From Eledone cirrhosa (Eukaryota): a stretch of DNA of 64,000 bases. The translations under genes were made by a program, and so were the position numbers. Shown here in pieces: positions 1 through 12,500 of this stretch. Below the pieces are notes generated by a model. The model saw nothing but the letters and a program-made list of their open reading frames with translations, did not search any database and was not told the DNA's origin. The number at the start of each line of letters is the position of its first letter. Position 1 is the stretch's first letter. The stretch spans positions 24,366,001-24,430,000 of the forward strand of contig OZ024758.1 of assembly GCA_964016885.1 (NCBI GenBank), written 5' to 3'.

Positions 1-299
1 CCGTTTGGGTTTTTAGAGGTTGGCAGGTCTGTAATATATCAACAAATACTAAATGTTATCAAAGACCAATAAGTTTTAAAAAGCCAGTACAATATATTCT
101 TTTATTACGTATTTCACAATGCTTCATATTAACTATGGTATTGGTATGGTCCCCTAACTCCTGATAGAGTCATAAGGGTGCTGTAGTGACATACAGCGTT
201 TCTTGGGCATTTTTAAGCCTGGCGGAGCCCATCCCTCTCCAGGCCTGAGTACAGCAGAGAAAGATAGAAAGTGAGAGAGAGAGAGGAAATGAAAAAGAG

Positions 300-1880
300 A
301 TATAGAGGATGAATCGACCCCGTACTAGACTGGTACTTTTTTTTATTAGCCTTGAATGAATGAAAAACAAAGTTGACATCAGCGAGATTTAAACTCAAAG
401 AACAGAAAGCAGGAATGAATACAATATCACAAAGCATTCTATCCGAAATATAGAGGAAGAATCTACCCCAGTACTAGACTGGTACTTTTTTTTATTAGCC
501 TTGAATGAATGAAAAACAAAGTTGACATCAGCGAGATTTGAACTCAAAGAACAGAAAGCAGGAATGAATACAATATCACAAAGCATTCTATCCGAAATAT
601 AGAGGAAGAATCTACCCCAGTACTAGACTGGTACTTTTTTTTATTAGCCTTGAATGAATGAAAAACAAAGTTGACATCAGCGAGATTTGAACTCAAAGAA
701 CAGAAAGCAGGAATGAATACAATATCACAAAGCATTCTATCCGAAATATAGAGGAAGAATCTACCCCAGTACTAGACTGGTACTTTTTTTTATTAGCCTT
801 GAATGAATGAAAAACAAAGTTGACATCAGCGAGATTTGAACTCAAAGAACAGAAAGCAGGAATGAATACAATATCACAAAGCATTCTATCCGAAATATAG
901 AGGAAGAATCTACCCCAGTACTAGACTGGTACTTTTTTTTATTAGCCTTGAATGAATGAAAAACAAAGTTGACATCAGCGAGATTTGAACTCAAAGAACA
1001 GAAAGCAGGAATGAATACAATATCACAAAGCATTCTATCCGAAATATAGAGGAAGAATCTACCCCAGTACTAGACTGGTACTTTTTTTTATTAGCCTTGA
1101 ATGAATGAAAAACAAAGTTGACATCAGCGAGATTTGAACTCAAAGAACAGAAAGCAGGAATGAATACAATATCACAAAGCATTCTATCCGAAATATAGAG
1201 GAAGAATCTACCCCAGTACTAGACTGGTACTTTTTTTTATTAGCCTTGAATGAATGAAAAACAAAGTTGACATCAGCGAGATTTGAACTCAAAGAACAGA
1301 AAGCAGGAATGAATACAATATCACAAAGCATTCTATCCGAAATATAGAGGAAGAATCTACCCCAGTACTAGACTGGTACTTTTTTTTATTAGCCTTGAAT
1401 GAATGAAAAACAAAGTTGACATCAGCGAGATTTGAACTCAAAGAACAGAAAGCAGGAATGAATACAATATCACAAAGCATTCTATCCGAAATATAGAGGA
1501 AGAATCTACCCCAGTACTAGACTGGTACTTTTTTAATCGACCTCGAAAGGATGAAAAGCAAAGTTGACATCAGCGAGATTTGAACTCAAAGAACAGAAAG
1601 CAGGAATGAATACAATATCACAAAGCATTCTATCCGAAATATAGAGGAAGAATCTACCCCAGTACTAGACTGGTACTTTTTTAATCGACCTCGAAAGGAT
1701 GAAAAGCAAAGTTGACATCAGCGAGATTTGAACTCAAAGAACAGAAAGCAGGAATGAATACAATATCACAAAGCATTCTATCCGAAATATAGAGGAAGAA
1801 TCTACCCCAGTACTAGACTGGTACTTTTTTAATCGACCTCGAAAGGATGAAAAGCAAAGTTGACCTCAGTGGGATTTAAA
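300..1880. repeat. 149/148-bp tandem array (~10.5 copies) derived from a minus-strand SINE segment
   Basis: Identical 149-bp period (ORFs step by 149). Unit contains ctggtact..., gatgaaaagcaaagttgac and gatttgaactc (B-box reverse complement) of the local SINE. Confidence 0.95.
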
Positions 1881-2059
1881 TTGCAAGAGCAGAGAGCCAA
1901 ATAGAATGTCATAAAGCCTTTCTATCCGATGTCCTAGCGATTCTACCATTTGCTGCCTATATATTAACTATACTACTTTATTAAAATATTTTTTTGTTGG
2001 GGGGTTTTTTTGTGTACGCATGTCTCTTTTTTTTTTGGGGGGGGGGGGGCTATTTGTTA

Positions 2060-2097
<38 letters not shown>

Positions 2098-2659
2098 TAT
2101 TGTTACAACGAAACAAGAAAAGGAAGTTATGATTGTATATTTAAATAATTATGTGGCAAGATATGAATAAGGAAGGGATTACTTCCCACTGCAAAAAAAT
2201 ACATTTCTTTTTACAGGTCTGTCAGCTTTACAGCTTTGACAATAAACTCTTTATCAAAGGAATCTGTCAAATAGTTATAAAAACAAAAGAACGAAAAAAA
2301 AAAAAATAACACTTTGAAAACAAACATAGGAGCAAAGTTACACGGAAACCTTGCATGTAATTTATACAGCAAACCACAAATGGGTGTAATGGAGCTGTTG
2401 TTACAATGTCAATATATTATAAATGACAGTTATTCTCTTAGTGACAATTACTGCAACTTTAAAGAAGCACAAAAGTAGACATGTTGAGAGATAAGAGGAG
2501 TTTGAGAAGATGTGTGAGTGAAGTAAGAAATGGAGGGTGGATGGAAGGATGGGAATAATTAGATGTCAACACTAATGAAGCTATAACATGATGAAGAAGG
2601 ATAAACGAGAGAAACATTTTCAGAGTACTGTATTATTATTAATGATATTAATAATAATA

Positions 2660-3260
2660 ATTGTTTCTACTTTTGGCACAAGGCCAGCAATTATCCCAGT
2701 GTATTACTGGTACTTTATTTTATCGACCCCGTAAGGATGACGGGCAAAGTTAACCTCGGCGGGATTTGAACTCAGACCATAAAGGGCCGTAACTCTATGC
2801 TGCAAAGCATGGCGTCCGACCCTCTACCGATACTGCCAATCCACCGCCCTTTTATATTAATAATAATAATAATAATGATTTCTACTTTAGGCACAAGGCC
2901 AGCAATTTGAGTGGGAGAGGAAAGTCAATTAAACGACCCCAGTGCATGACTGGTACTTTATTTTAACAACTCCATAAGGATGAAAGGCAAAGTTAACCTC
3001 AGCAGGATTAGAATTCAGAAAGTAAAGGGCCATAACTCTATGCCGTGAAGCATGGCGTCTGACACTACCGATACTGCCAATCCACCACAATAATAATAAT
3101 AGTGGTTTCTAATTTAGGCACAAGGCCAACAATTCGGGGAGCAGGGGGGGGGGGGGGGGGGGGGGAATTGGTTATATCAACCCCAGTACTCAACGGGTAC
3201 CTTATCTTATCGGCCCCTGGAAGGAGGAAAGGTAGGATATGGACACAGAAAGTAAAAACT
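2660..3260 (-). mobile_element. Cluster of three tRNA-derived SINE copies (family 1, Meta/MESC-like central domain)
   Basis: Reverse complement reads gggcggtggattggcagtatcggtag (A box)...gagttcaaatccc (B box)...gcctttcatccttacggggtcgataaaataaagtaccag...ccttgtgccaaaagtagaaacaat(tat)n. Superfamily name is from memory. Confidence 0.85.
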
Positions 3261-3317
3261 GATTGAAATACAGCAAAACAAAATGTAAAACCGAATACTT
3301 TACCAACCAAAACTAAT

Positions 3318-3667
3318 TACCATATTTCCCAATAACGAAGATGCTGTTTTTTTCCTAAGATAACTCTCAAAAATCTACCATGAGTCCTGGAGGCTGAAGG
3401 TTGCGTTTCTCATAGGCATATCCTAACCCCAGAGGATTATCTCTGCTAGACAGTAATCTGAACTTCTGTATATGATCTCTCAATGAAGTGTATAAATTAT
3501 ACTTAGTTAAAGTAGTAAATAAACAAAATATCGTTAAAAATTAGGTAACAAGACCCGAAATTCCAGGACCTTATTTTTATGTTTATTATTGTTTTTTAAA
3601 TTTTTGGTTGTCAAAATTGGGGTGCATCCTCAAGGGTGAAATGTCCTTGACGATGGGAAATACAGTA
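3318..3667. mobile_element. Tc1/mariner-type MITE (CCGTATTTCCC termini, TA TSD); further copies at 13414-13590 and 25083-25456
   Basis: taccatatttccc...gggaaatacagta terminal inverted repeats; three copies in the window. Confidence 0.7.
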
Positions 3668-4001
3668 GCTGGAATGACTAAATAACTACTTTGTTAATAA
3701 GATACATCATTTATGGCAAGTAGAGTTAAGTATTTTATCCAAGAAAAACACACACACAACCATGAGTCAAGATTCTGGCAGGTTTTTTTATAATTAAGTC
3801 ATTGTATCTGTTAAACCAACTCAGCAAAAAACAAAAACAAATATACAAACTCCAGTAGGTTAACAGAAGAGGATATTTATCTTGTATTTATTACCATATA
3901 TACTTGAATATAAGTATCTCCTTTATTTTATGTCAGACAAATGGGCAAAAATCCAAACCCCGTTTATAAGCTGAGGCAGTTAATCAACATATTGTTTATA
4001 T

Positions 4002-4970
4002 CAGGAGTGTGCAATATATTCCATTGGCGGGCCACTTTTGGATATTGGCACAACTATTAGGGCCATTAATATTTATCAAGCACTATTCCAAAGATTCACC
4101 AACTTCTTTCCATAACATGGAACTGGGAAATTATAACACACATAACCCTATCAGTGAAGCCCTTTAGTATAGGTCAACTGGGAAATTATAACACATATAA
4201 CCCTATCAGTGAAGCCCTTTAGTGTAGGTCAACTGGGAAATTATAACACATATAACCCTATCAGTGAAGCCCTTTAGTGTAGGTCAACTGGGAAATTATA
4301 ACACATATAACCCTATCAGTGAAGCCCTTTAGTATAGGTCAACTAGGAAATTATAACACATATAACCCTATCAGTAAAGCCCTTTAGTATAGGTCAACTG
4401 GGAAATTAACACATATAACCCTATCAGTGAAGCCCTTTAGTATAGGTCAACTGGGAAATTATAACACATATAACCCTATCAGTAAAGCCCTTTAGTATAG
4501 GTCAACTGGGAAATTAACACATATAACCCTATCAGTAAAGCCCTTTAGTATAGGTCAACTGGGAAATTAACACATATAACCCTATCAGTGAAGCCCTTTA
4601 GTATAGGTCAACTAGGAAATTATAACACATATAACCCTATCAGGGAAGCTCTTTAGTATAGGTCAACTGGGACATTATAACACATATAACCCTATCAGTG
4701 AAGTCCTTTAGTATAGGTCAACTGGGAAATTAACACATATAACCCTATCAGTGAAGCCCTTTAGTATAGGTCAACTAGGAAATTATAACACATATAACCC
4801 TATCAGTGAAGCCCTTTAGTATAGGTCAACTAACAGAAAATTGTATTATGGTTACAAAAAAAATTCTAAATAAGCCTACAAGGTAAAACTTAAAAACGGT
4901 CATCGTAGGCCTCTCTGACTGGTCTGGAGGGCCGGATTGTGGCACACGGGCCGCCTGTTGCACGCCCCTG
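4002..4970. mobile_element. hAT (Charlie-like) non-autonomous element with internal tandem array
   Basis: Termini caggagtgtgcaa / ttgcacgcccctg; 8-bp TSD gtttatat (3994-4001) / gtttagat (4971-4978); gggcc subterminal motifs. Confidence 0.8.
4121..4832. repeat. 55-bp (53-bp variant) minisatellite, ~13 copies
   Basis: Unit caactgggaaattataacacatataaccctatcagtgaagccctttagtataggt. Confidence 0.95.
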
Positions 4971-5623
4971 GTTTAGATAAGCTGACCCCCGCCACCATTT
5001 TACCATCAATGTTTTGGTCACATATTCCTCACTTTATATTCAAATATATACGATAATAATATTAAAAGGTTTCAATATTGGTTTAAGTGTTGCTTGTGAT
5101 ATAGTTTGATGTGCTTTTAACATGTAAATCATTTCACAAAATGTTAATTAAAAAAGATAACTGAAACGAAACTCTTTCAATTGCTGCTGGAACTAATATT
5201 ATAATGGCTGTCAGAATGTTTCAGAAAAAGGAAATTATAATTGAAATTTAAAAAAAAATACTTTCTTAGAAATTGCAATGTTTTTTCTACTTCGATGCTC
5301 TTCCTCCAACTTCGAACCCTCACACCTTCACCCAAAATGTTTAACCCCTCCTCATACCTTCACCTCCATCTTCCAACCCCTCCTCACACCCAACTTCCAA
5401 CCCCTCCTCACAACTTCAACATCTTCAATAAGTACAATAACCAGTTTGAGATAAGATAAAATAGAATAAACTAGGAAATAAGATTATTATTATTATTCCT
5501 AAACCAAAGTATACACCCTAAAACATTAATATCTAAAACAATCTAACTCTCTGGCAAAAGAAGAATAAACAAATTCTGCTCACAAATGAAAACATTCCAA
5601 TTTAGATTTAAAAGAATAATAAT

Positions 5624-6276
5624 GTAAGTATGTACACGTACATACATATATGTATACAGATGTACAGTAGTATGTATATATATATATACATACATGCACA
5701 CATATATATATGTACGTATGGATTCACCGAACATTTACTATAATGATCGGTGTGTTTGTAAACAAACATCCTGTATTAAGCCGTAGTGTCTAGCAACCAC
5801 CGTTGCTCGTTTGTTCAACACTGACAAAGGAACGCTGTACTAGTTTCAAGCTTATTAGCTTTCGTCAGCAACGTATACCTTCCTGCCAGATTGTTGAACG
5901 TATATACTTACCTTATGCATATTAACGGCTGAGTAGCCCAATTTGCATATCGAGTGGGTTAATCGGCCGGGTGCACCGAAAATGATAAACGGAAAAATAA
6001 AACGAAATTTCATTTCCCACTCTTAGTACGGTTGTTACTTAAATATAAGTATGTACACGTACATACATATATGTATACAGACGTACAGTAGTATGTATAT
6101 ATATGTATATATATGTATATATATATATATATACATACATGCACACATATATATATGTACGTATGGATTCACCGAACATTTATTATAATGCTCGGTGTGT
6201 TTGTAAACAAACATCCCGTATTAAGCCGTAGTGTCTAGCAACCATCGTTGCTCTTTTGTTCAACACTGACAAAGGA
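5624..6276. repeat. Direct duplication of a ~210-230-bp segment (5624-5830 and 6046-6276)
   Basis: Both copies run taagtatgtacacgtac...gattcaccgaacattt...caacactgacaaagga. Confidence 0.85.
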
Positions 6277-6281
6277 TAATA

Positions 6282-6723
6282 ATGGTTTCTTATATAGGCA
6301 CAAGGCCAGCAATTTTTTTTTTTTTGGGGGGGGGGGTCGATTAAATCAACCAAAGTGCATTACTGGTACTTTATTTTATCGACCCCATAAGGATGAAAGG
6401 CAAAGCTAACCTCAGCAGGATTTGAACTGAGAGGATAAAGGGCCATAATTCTAAGCCACGAAGGATGGTGTTTGACGCTCTACCGACTCTGCCAATCCAC
6501 TACCCTACGAAGGAAACTAATGGTTTCTGATTTAGGCACAAGGCCAACACTATTGGGGAAGGGGAAAGTCGATTAAATTGACCCCAGTGCATTACTGGTT
6601 CTTTATTTTATCGACCCCCATAAGGATGAAAGGCAAAGCTTTGAGCTCAGTATGTAAAGAGAGATAACTCTATGCCACGGAGCATGGTGTTCGACGCTCT
6701 CCCGATTCTGCCAATCCACCGCC
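6282..6723 (-). mobile_element. Two tandem family-1 SINE copies
   Basis: Same consensus motifs as 2660-3260. Confidence 0.85.
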
Positions 6724-6822
6724 ATTTAAAAGAATAATATATTTTATCATTTTCAAGATAGATAGAAAGTATTGTTGCTATTTGTGTTCAGATTGTAAAT
6801 AACATCTAGTTTGTCTTTCAGT

Positions 6823-7805
6823 TTAACTCTTTAATGTTCAAACCGGCCAAAACTGGCCAGAATTCTCTACCTCTTTCTGTTGAAACTGGCTGTAACTGGT
6901 CGCTCAAACTGATGTTAAGGTATTGTTCTCTAAATAAATACTTTCAAAATCTCATAGATTCAATATTATGGGAGATAATTATGTGAGATAAAGCCTTTAC
7001 CATGAAAATATAATAGTATATATAGAGTAATGAGAATGCTAAAGAGTTAACCCTTTAGAATTTCAACCAACCATATCTCACACCTCCTATTCTCTCACCT
7101 CCTATTCAAGCAGACCATAACCAGTTGCTCATACTGATGTTAAGGTATTGTTCTCAAAATAAATACTTTCAAAATCTCATAGATTCGATATTATGTGAGG
7201 TAAAGCCTTTACCATGAAAATATAATAGTATATATAGAGTAATGAGAATGCTAAAGAGTTAACCCTTTAGAATTTCAACCAACCATATCTAGCCAAAATT
7301 CTCTCACCTCCTATTCTAGCAGACCATAACCAGTTGCTCATACTGATGTTAAGGTATTGTTCTCTAAATAAATACTTTCAAAATCTCATAGATTCAATAT
7401 TATGGGAGATAATTATGTGAGGTAAAGCCTTTACCATGAAAATATAATAGTATATATAGAGTAATGAGAATGCTAAAGAGTTAACCCTTTAGAATTTCAA
7501 CCAACCATATCTAGCCAAAATTCTCTCACCTCCTATTCAAGCAGACCATAACCAGTTGCTCATACTGATGTTAAGGTATTGTTCTCAAAATAAATACTTT
7601 CAAAATCTCATAGATTCGATATTATGTGAGGTAAAGCCTTTACCATGAAAATATAATAGTATATATAGAGTAATGAGAATGCTAAAGAGTTAACCCTTTA
7701 GAATTTCAACCAACCATATCTAGCCAAAATTCTCTCACCTCCTATTCAAGCAGACCATAACCAGTTGCTCATACTTATGTTAAGGTATTGTTCTCAAAAT
7801 AAATA
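6823..7805. mobile_element. Head-to-tail array of ~4.5 piggyBac-like MITEs
   Basis: Units bounded by ttaa|cccttta...taaagag|ttaa, ~210-230 bp each, sharing TTAA junctions. Confidence 0.8.
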
Positions 7806-7964
7806 ATTGTTTCTATTTTAGGCACAAGGCCAGCAATTACCCAGTACATTACTGGTACTTTATTTTATCGACCCCGTAAGGATGAAAGGCAAAGTTAACC
7901 TCGGCGGGATTTGAACTCAGAATAAATAATGGTTTCTGATTTTTTACACACACATATATATACA

Positions 7965-8028
<64 letters not shown>

Positions 8029-8289
8029 TAATTATTTCAATATGTATATTAAAATAATTAAATAAAATGATTCCTGCAGCCTCAGCTAGAGATTGAACCT
8101 CTCACTACAGCATATAAGACAGAAAATCCAACATTTTTACCAACTCACCCACAAGGTCACCTACAGTACTCAAAATAAATAATATCAAAATCTCATAGAT
8201 TCAATATTATGTAAGATAAGTATGCGAGATAAAGCCTTTACCATGAAAATACAATAGTATATATAGAGTAATGTAAATGATAAAGGGTC

Positions 8290-8790
8290 GATTGCATGTT
8301 TATCAATTTATATGAGCATCACATGTGATCACAATATCGCGGCAAAAGAATTTGACAAGCTAAGAAAATATAAAGTTCTGCTCATTGAAATTGAAAAAAT
8401 GTGGCACCTCAAGGCTGTTACAATACCTGTGATTGTAGGAGCACTGAAATTGATCAAGAAAGGAACAGAACAGTATTTGAGAATGATCCCTGGTTTACCC
8501 TCTCTGCAAGAGGTGCAAAAAATTGTTTTAACTGGTACTGTACATGTATTGAGAGCACTATCTCTCTGAAAATTATAATCATTTTGGTGTGTTAACTGGC
8601 TTACCAATGTATACAGTGGGTTTATTGCCATAGGAGTCAGAAAGACACTTGGCATATAACAGAAACTATACTGAAGGAAAAGGAAAAACAATAAGTCATG
8701 ATACCTAAGACCACAGGATGTGGTCTGCTATCTTGACTAAACCAGGAACTAAGATCAATCCTGAGAGAGGACATGATAATAATAATAATA
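8290..8790 (+). mobile_element. R4/Dong-clade non-LTR retrotransposon 3' fragment (restriction-like endonuclease C-terminus and 3'UTR); second tail fragment ~9075-9200
   Basis: ORF 8312..8569 KxxKY..L..EIEKMW...IPVIVGAL...QKIVLTGT.HVLR; ends in (ATA)n. Confidence 0.75.
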
Positions 8791-8978
8791 ATTGTTTCTA
8801 CTTTTAGGCACAAGGCCAGCAATTACCCAGTGCATTACTGGTACTTTATTTTATCGACCCCGTAAGGATGAAAGGCAAAGTTAACCTCGGCGGGATTTGA
8901 ACTCAAACCGTAAAGGGACGTAACTATGCTAGAAAGCATGGCGTCCAACCCTCTACCGATACTGCCAATTCACCGCCC
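8790..8978 (-). mobile_element. Family-1 SINE, full length
   Basis: Consensus match, flanked by (ATA)n. Confidence 0.9.
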
Positions 8979-9538
8979 TTATAATAATAATAATAATAAT
9001 AATAAGGATAATAATAATGATAATTATTACTATTTCTTTATTTTAATAATTTTAATAATGACATGAAAGTTATTAGATATAAACTGAAAAGAAAGAAACG
9101 ATGCCATGATACCTAAAACCACAGGATGTGGTCCACTATCTTGACTAAACAAGGAACTAAGATCAATCCTGGCGGAAGACAAAATAATGATATTAATGAT
9201 AATAAGTAAAATTGAAGCCACTGAAAGCATAATATAAATTGTATAATGATAATGGATATGGCTTTAACGATCATACAAATCGATTGGAAGGGGGATATAA
9301 CGTAGGAATAATGTCACAATTTGGCAATTGTTTCAGAACAATAGTGCTTCACTAACTTCCATGATAGGCTTTGTTTGTTTGTTTTTTTGTTTTTGTGGTG
9401 TTTTTTTTGTTTTTTTTTCTGTTTTTTCTTTGGAGTACAAATCACAATAGGCCGGCTGCTAGATAGCCAAACCAGATTCAAAGCTAGACTTGACAATAAT
9501 CTTTCCACAAAAGGTTTAAACATTGTGGTTTAATCATT

Positions 9539-9564
9539 TCAGAAACTCTTCTGCCACCAATGTG
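9539..9564 (-). CDS. NECAB1: NECAB terminal coding exon: AHWWQKSF*
   Basis: Acceptor tttctcattgcag; completes the PAxWW terminal motif; TGA at 9541-9539; 3'UTR continues to lower coordinates. Confidence 0.88.
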
Positions 9565-12500
9565 CTGCAATGAGAAATAAGATTATATTTTATGGAGAGG
9601 TTTGTGGTTGCGAGTTTTTTTTTTATTTTTTTTTTTTTTTTATTTTTCAAATTATATAATTTATTTTTTAAACTTTAGACAATAAGCTACAGAAATACAG
9701 AAGCATAAAATTAATGGACCAGGTAATGAAAATGACAGAAAGAGTCTTAGCACAACTAATTAGTGAAAGAGTCAAATTAGATGAGATGCAGTTCGGTTTT
9801 GTGTCAGAGAGAGAGGGTACTACAGATGCCCTCTTCTTAGTAAGACAACTAGAAGAGAAGTTCCTAGCTATATTTAGCTTTTGACAGAGTACCTTGATCT
9901 CTCATCTGGTGATCCTTAAGGAAACTAAGTGTAAACGAATGGCTCCTAAGAGCAGTGTAAGCCATGTACAGTTAGCTGTTAGTAAGGTGGGAGTAGAAAA
10001 TGAGTTTAGTAAAGAATTCAACATGCAAGTAAGTGATCATGAGGGCTCCGTCCTCAGCTCATTCCAGTTTATCATAGTTCTGCAGGCCATAACAAAGGAG
10101 TTTAAGGCAAGTTGTCCATGGGAACTCCTGTATGCTGACAATCTGGTACTAATAACCAAATCTGTGGAAGAGCTAGAGAAGAAATTCTGGCTTTGGAAAC
10201 AGAACTAAGAATCAAAAGGGCTTAGAGTAAATTTGGGAAAAATTAAAGTCCTGGTAAGCAGCAAAGAAGACACAACTCTGATTCCATTAGGGAAGTGGCC
10301 CTGCACAATATGTAGAAAAGGAGTAGGTAGTAACTCTATACAATGTACACAATGTAAATCTTGGGTACACAAGAGATGTAGTGGTGTAGTAGGCAAACTA
10401 ACAAGAAAAGGTATACTTTATATGTGGCAGATGCACAGGGATAGTTAGTAGTATAATAAATGTTTTCCCAGGAAGGCTCCTACAAGTAGTTGGTAGCTTC
10501 TGTTGCCTAGGTAATAAAATTAGTTGGGGAAGAAGTTGCACTGAGAGTATAATAACCAGAGTAAGAACAGGATAGAACAAGTTGAGAGAGCTACTACATC
10601 TGTTGACAGCAAAAGGTTTCTCTCTAAAGAGAGTCTAGCTGTATGATGCATGTATACAAAGTGCAATTTTGCATAGTAGTGAGACATGTGCAGTGAATGC
10701 AGAAAATAGGCGAAGGTTGGAGAGAAATGAAGCAAGCTTGGTTCAATGGTCGTGCAATGTTAATATACGTAAAAAGCAAAGCATAGATGAGCTGAGAGAG
10801 AGGCTGGATATAACAGAAATTAGATGTAGTGTGCTGGAGAGAAGACCGTTGTTATGGTCATGTGATGCATATGGATGAATGAGTGTTGGGTGAAGAAGTG
10901 CCAAGAAATCCAAGTGGAAGGGAGCTGTGGTAGAGGGAGACCAAGGAAGACATGAGCAAAGGTTATCAGAGCTGATCTGAAATCACTGAATCTCAGAGGA
11001 GATAACGAAGGACCAAGACAATTGTACATTGAAATGCTGTGCTGGAAAGAACACATCCAATCCATGTGAGCATAGAAAAACAGGTGATGATGATGATGGT
11101 CGTTGTGGTGGTGGTGGTGGTGATGATGGGGATGATGATGATTCAATGAAAATCAAATATGTTGTTGTTTAGCATGCAGGTGAGCTCTAATCAAGTAGAC
11201 CTATCATCAACTGTGTTCCAACTATGATCAACAATGATCCATCCCATCTTTTCATATCTCCAAGACTATATTATCTATTATCCACTGATAAGATGGCCAA
11301 AATATTGAAATTTTGTCCTTCAGACTATTGTCACCAACTTCCATTCCACTCTCACCTCCTACAAGAGCAAGTTGTTCATTCTTTGAGCTGCCCGACTGAT
11401 CCACAGTGTGCTTCTGTATAAACCTGGGCAAAAACCTAAACCCTGTTTATAAACCGAGGCAGCTGATCAACATATTATGGTGTTGTTTTGAAATTCTCAT
11501 GAGTGGAGAAAATATTTACGAAGTTTTAATATTTTCATATTTACCCCTTTAGCATTTAAACCAGTCATAACTGGCCAGAATTCCTTCACCTCTTTCTGTT
11601 CAAACTGGCTGTAACTAGCCACTCATACTGATGTTAAGGTATTGTTCTCAAAATAAATAATATCAAAATCTCATAGATTCAATATTATGTGAGGTAAAGC
11701 CTTTACCATGAAAATAAAATAGTATATAGAGAGTAATGTAAATGTTAAAGAGTTAAAATGTTTTAAGTATCGTTTAGAATATAGTTTTTGTTTCACGAAT
11801 CCACTATGTACACCACCCCCCACCTTCAAGTGAAAATAAAGCAACCCCCTCCCACATTAGACAATTTTATTTTTTATAATTTGAAAATAAAGAAGAATGA
11901 GAAAATTCTAAATTAATATAATATAAAGAAATGGAGATATATTTTTAGTTTAACCTTTTAGCATTTAAACCGGCTGTAACCGGCCAGAATTATCTCGCCT
12001 CTTTCTGTTTAAACCAGCCATAACTGGCCGTTCATACTGATGTTAAGGTATTGTTCTCAAAATAATATTAAAATCTCATAGATTCAATATTATGTGAGAT
12101 AATTATGTGAGGTAAAGCCTTTACCACAAAAATACAATAGTATAATATAAAGTAATGCAAATGCTAAAGGGTTAAGGTATTATTTAAAAAAAAAGATTTT
12201 CTTTAACTGTTATGGAGATGTTTGAAAACACTAGGGGAAGATTGAAATAACAGGAAATAGTTGAAAAAGATTAACTAAGAGAACACCAATTTGGCAACGG
12301 CAATGAAGGACTGACCCACGCGGAGATCAATTGTCGAGTTGATTTTGGCTGAAGCCGCCAGATGATGTATAAGGATTCAGAATAGAAGGTGGAGGAAGAG
12401 ACAGTAAGTGAGAGAGAGGAGAGACAGAGCAAGAAAAAGAAAGCGCGAGAGGGAGTAAGCAAGCGAAATAAAATAAAACAAGAGTGATAGAAAAATTATA

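Noticed and set aside
300-1880. CRISPR-like array or repeated 63-aa ORFs
   Set aside because: Units are contiguous with no unique spacers, derive from a SINE, and there are no cas genes in this eukaryotic context
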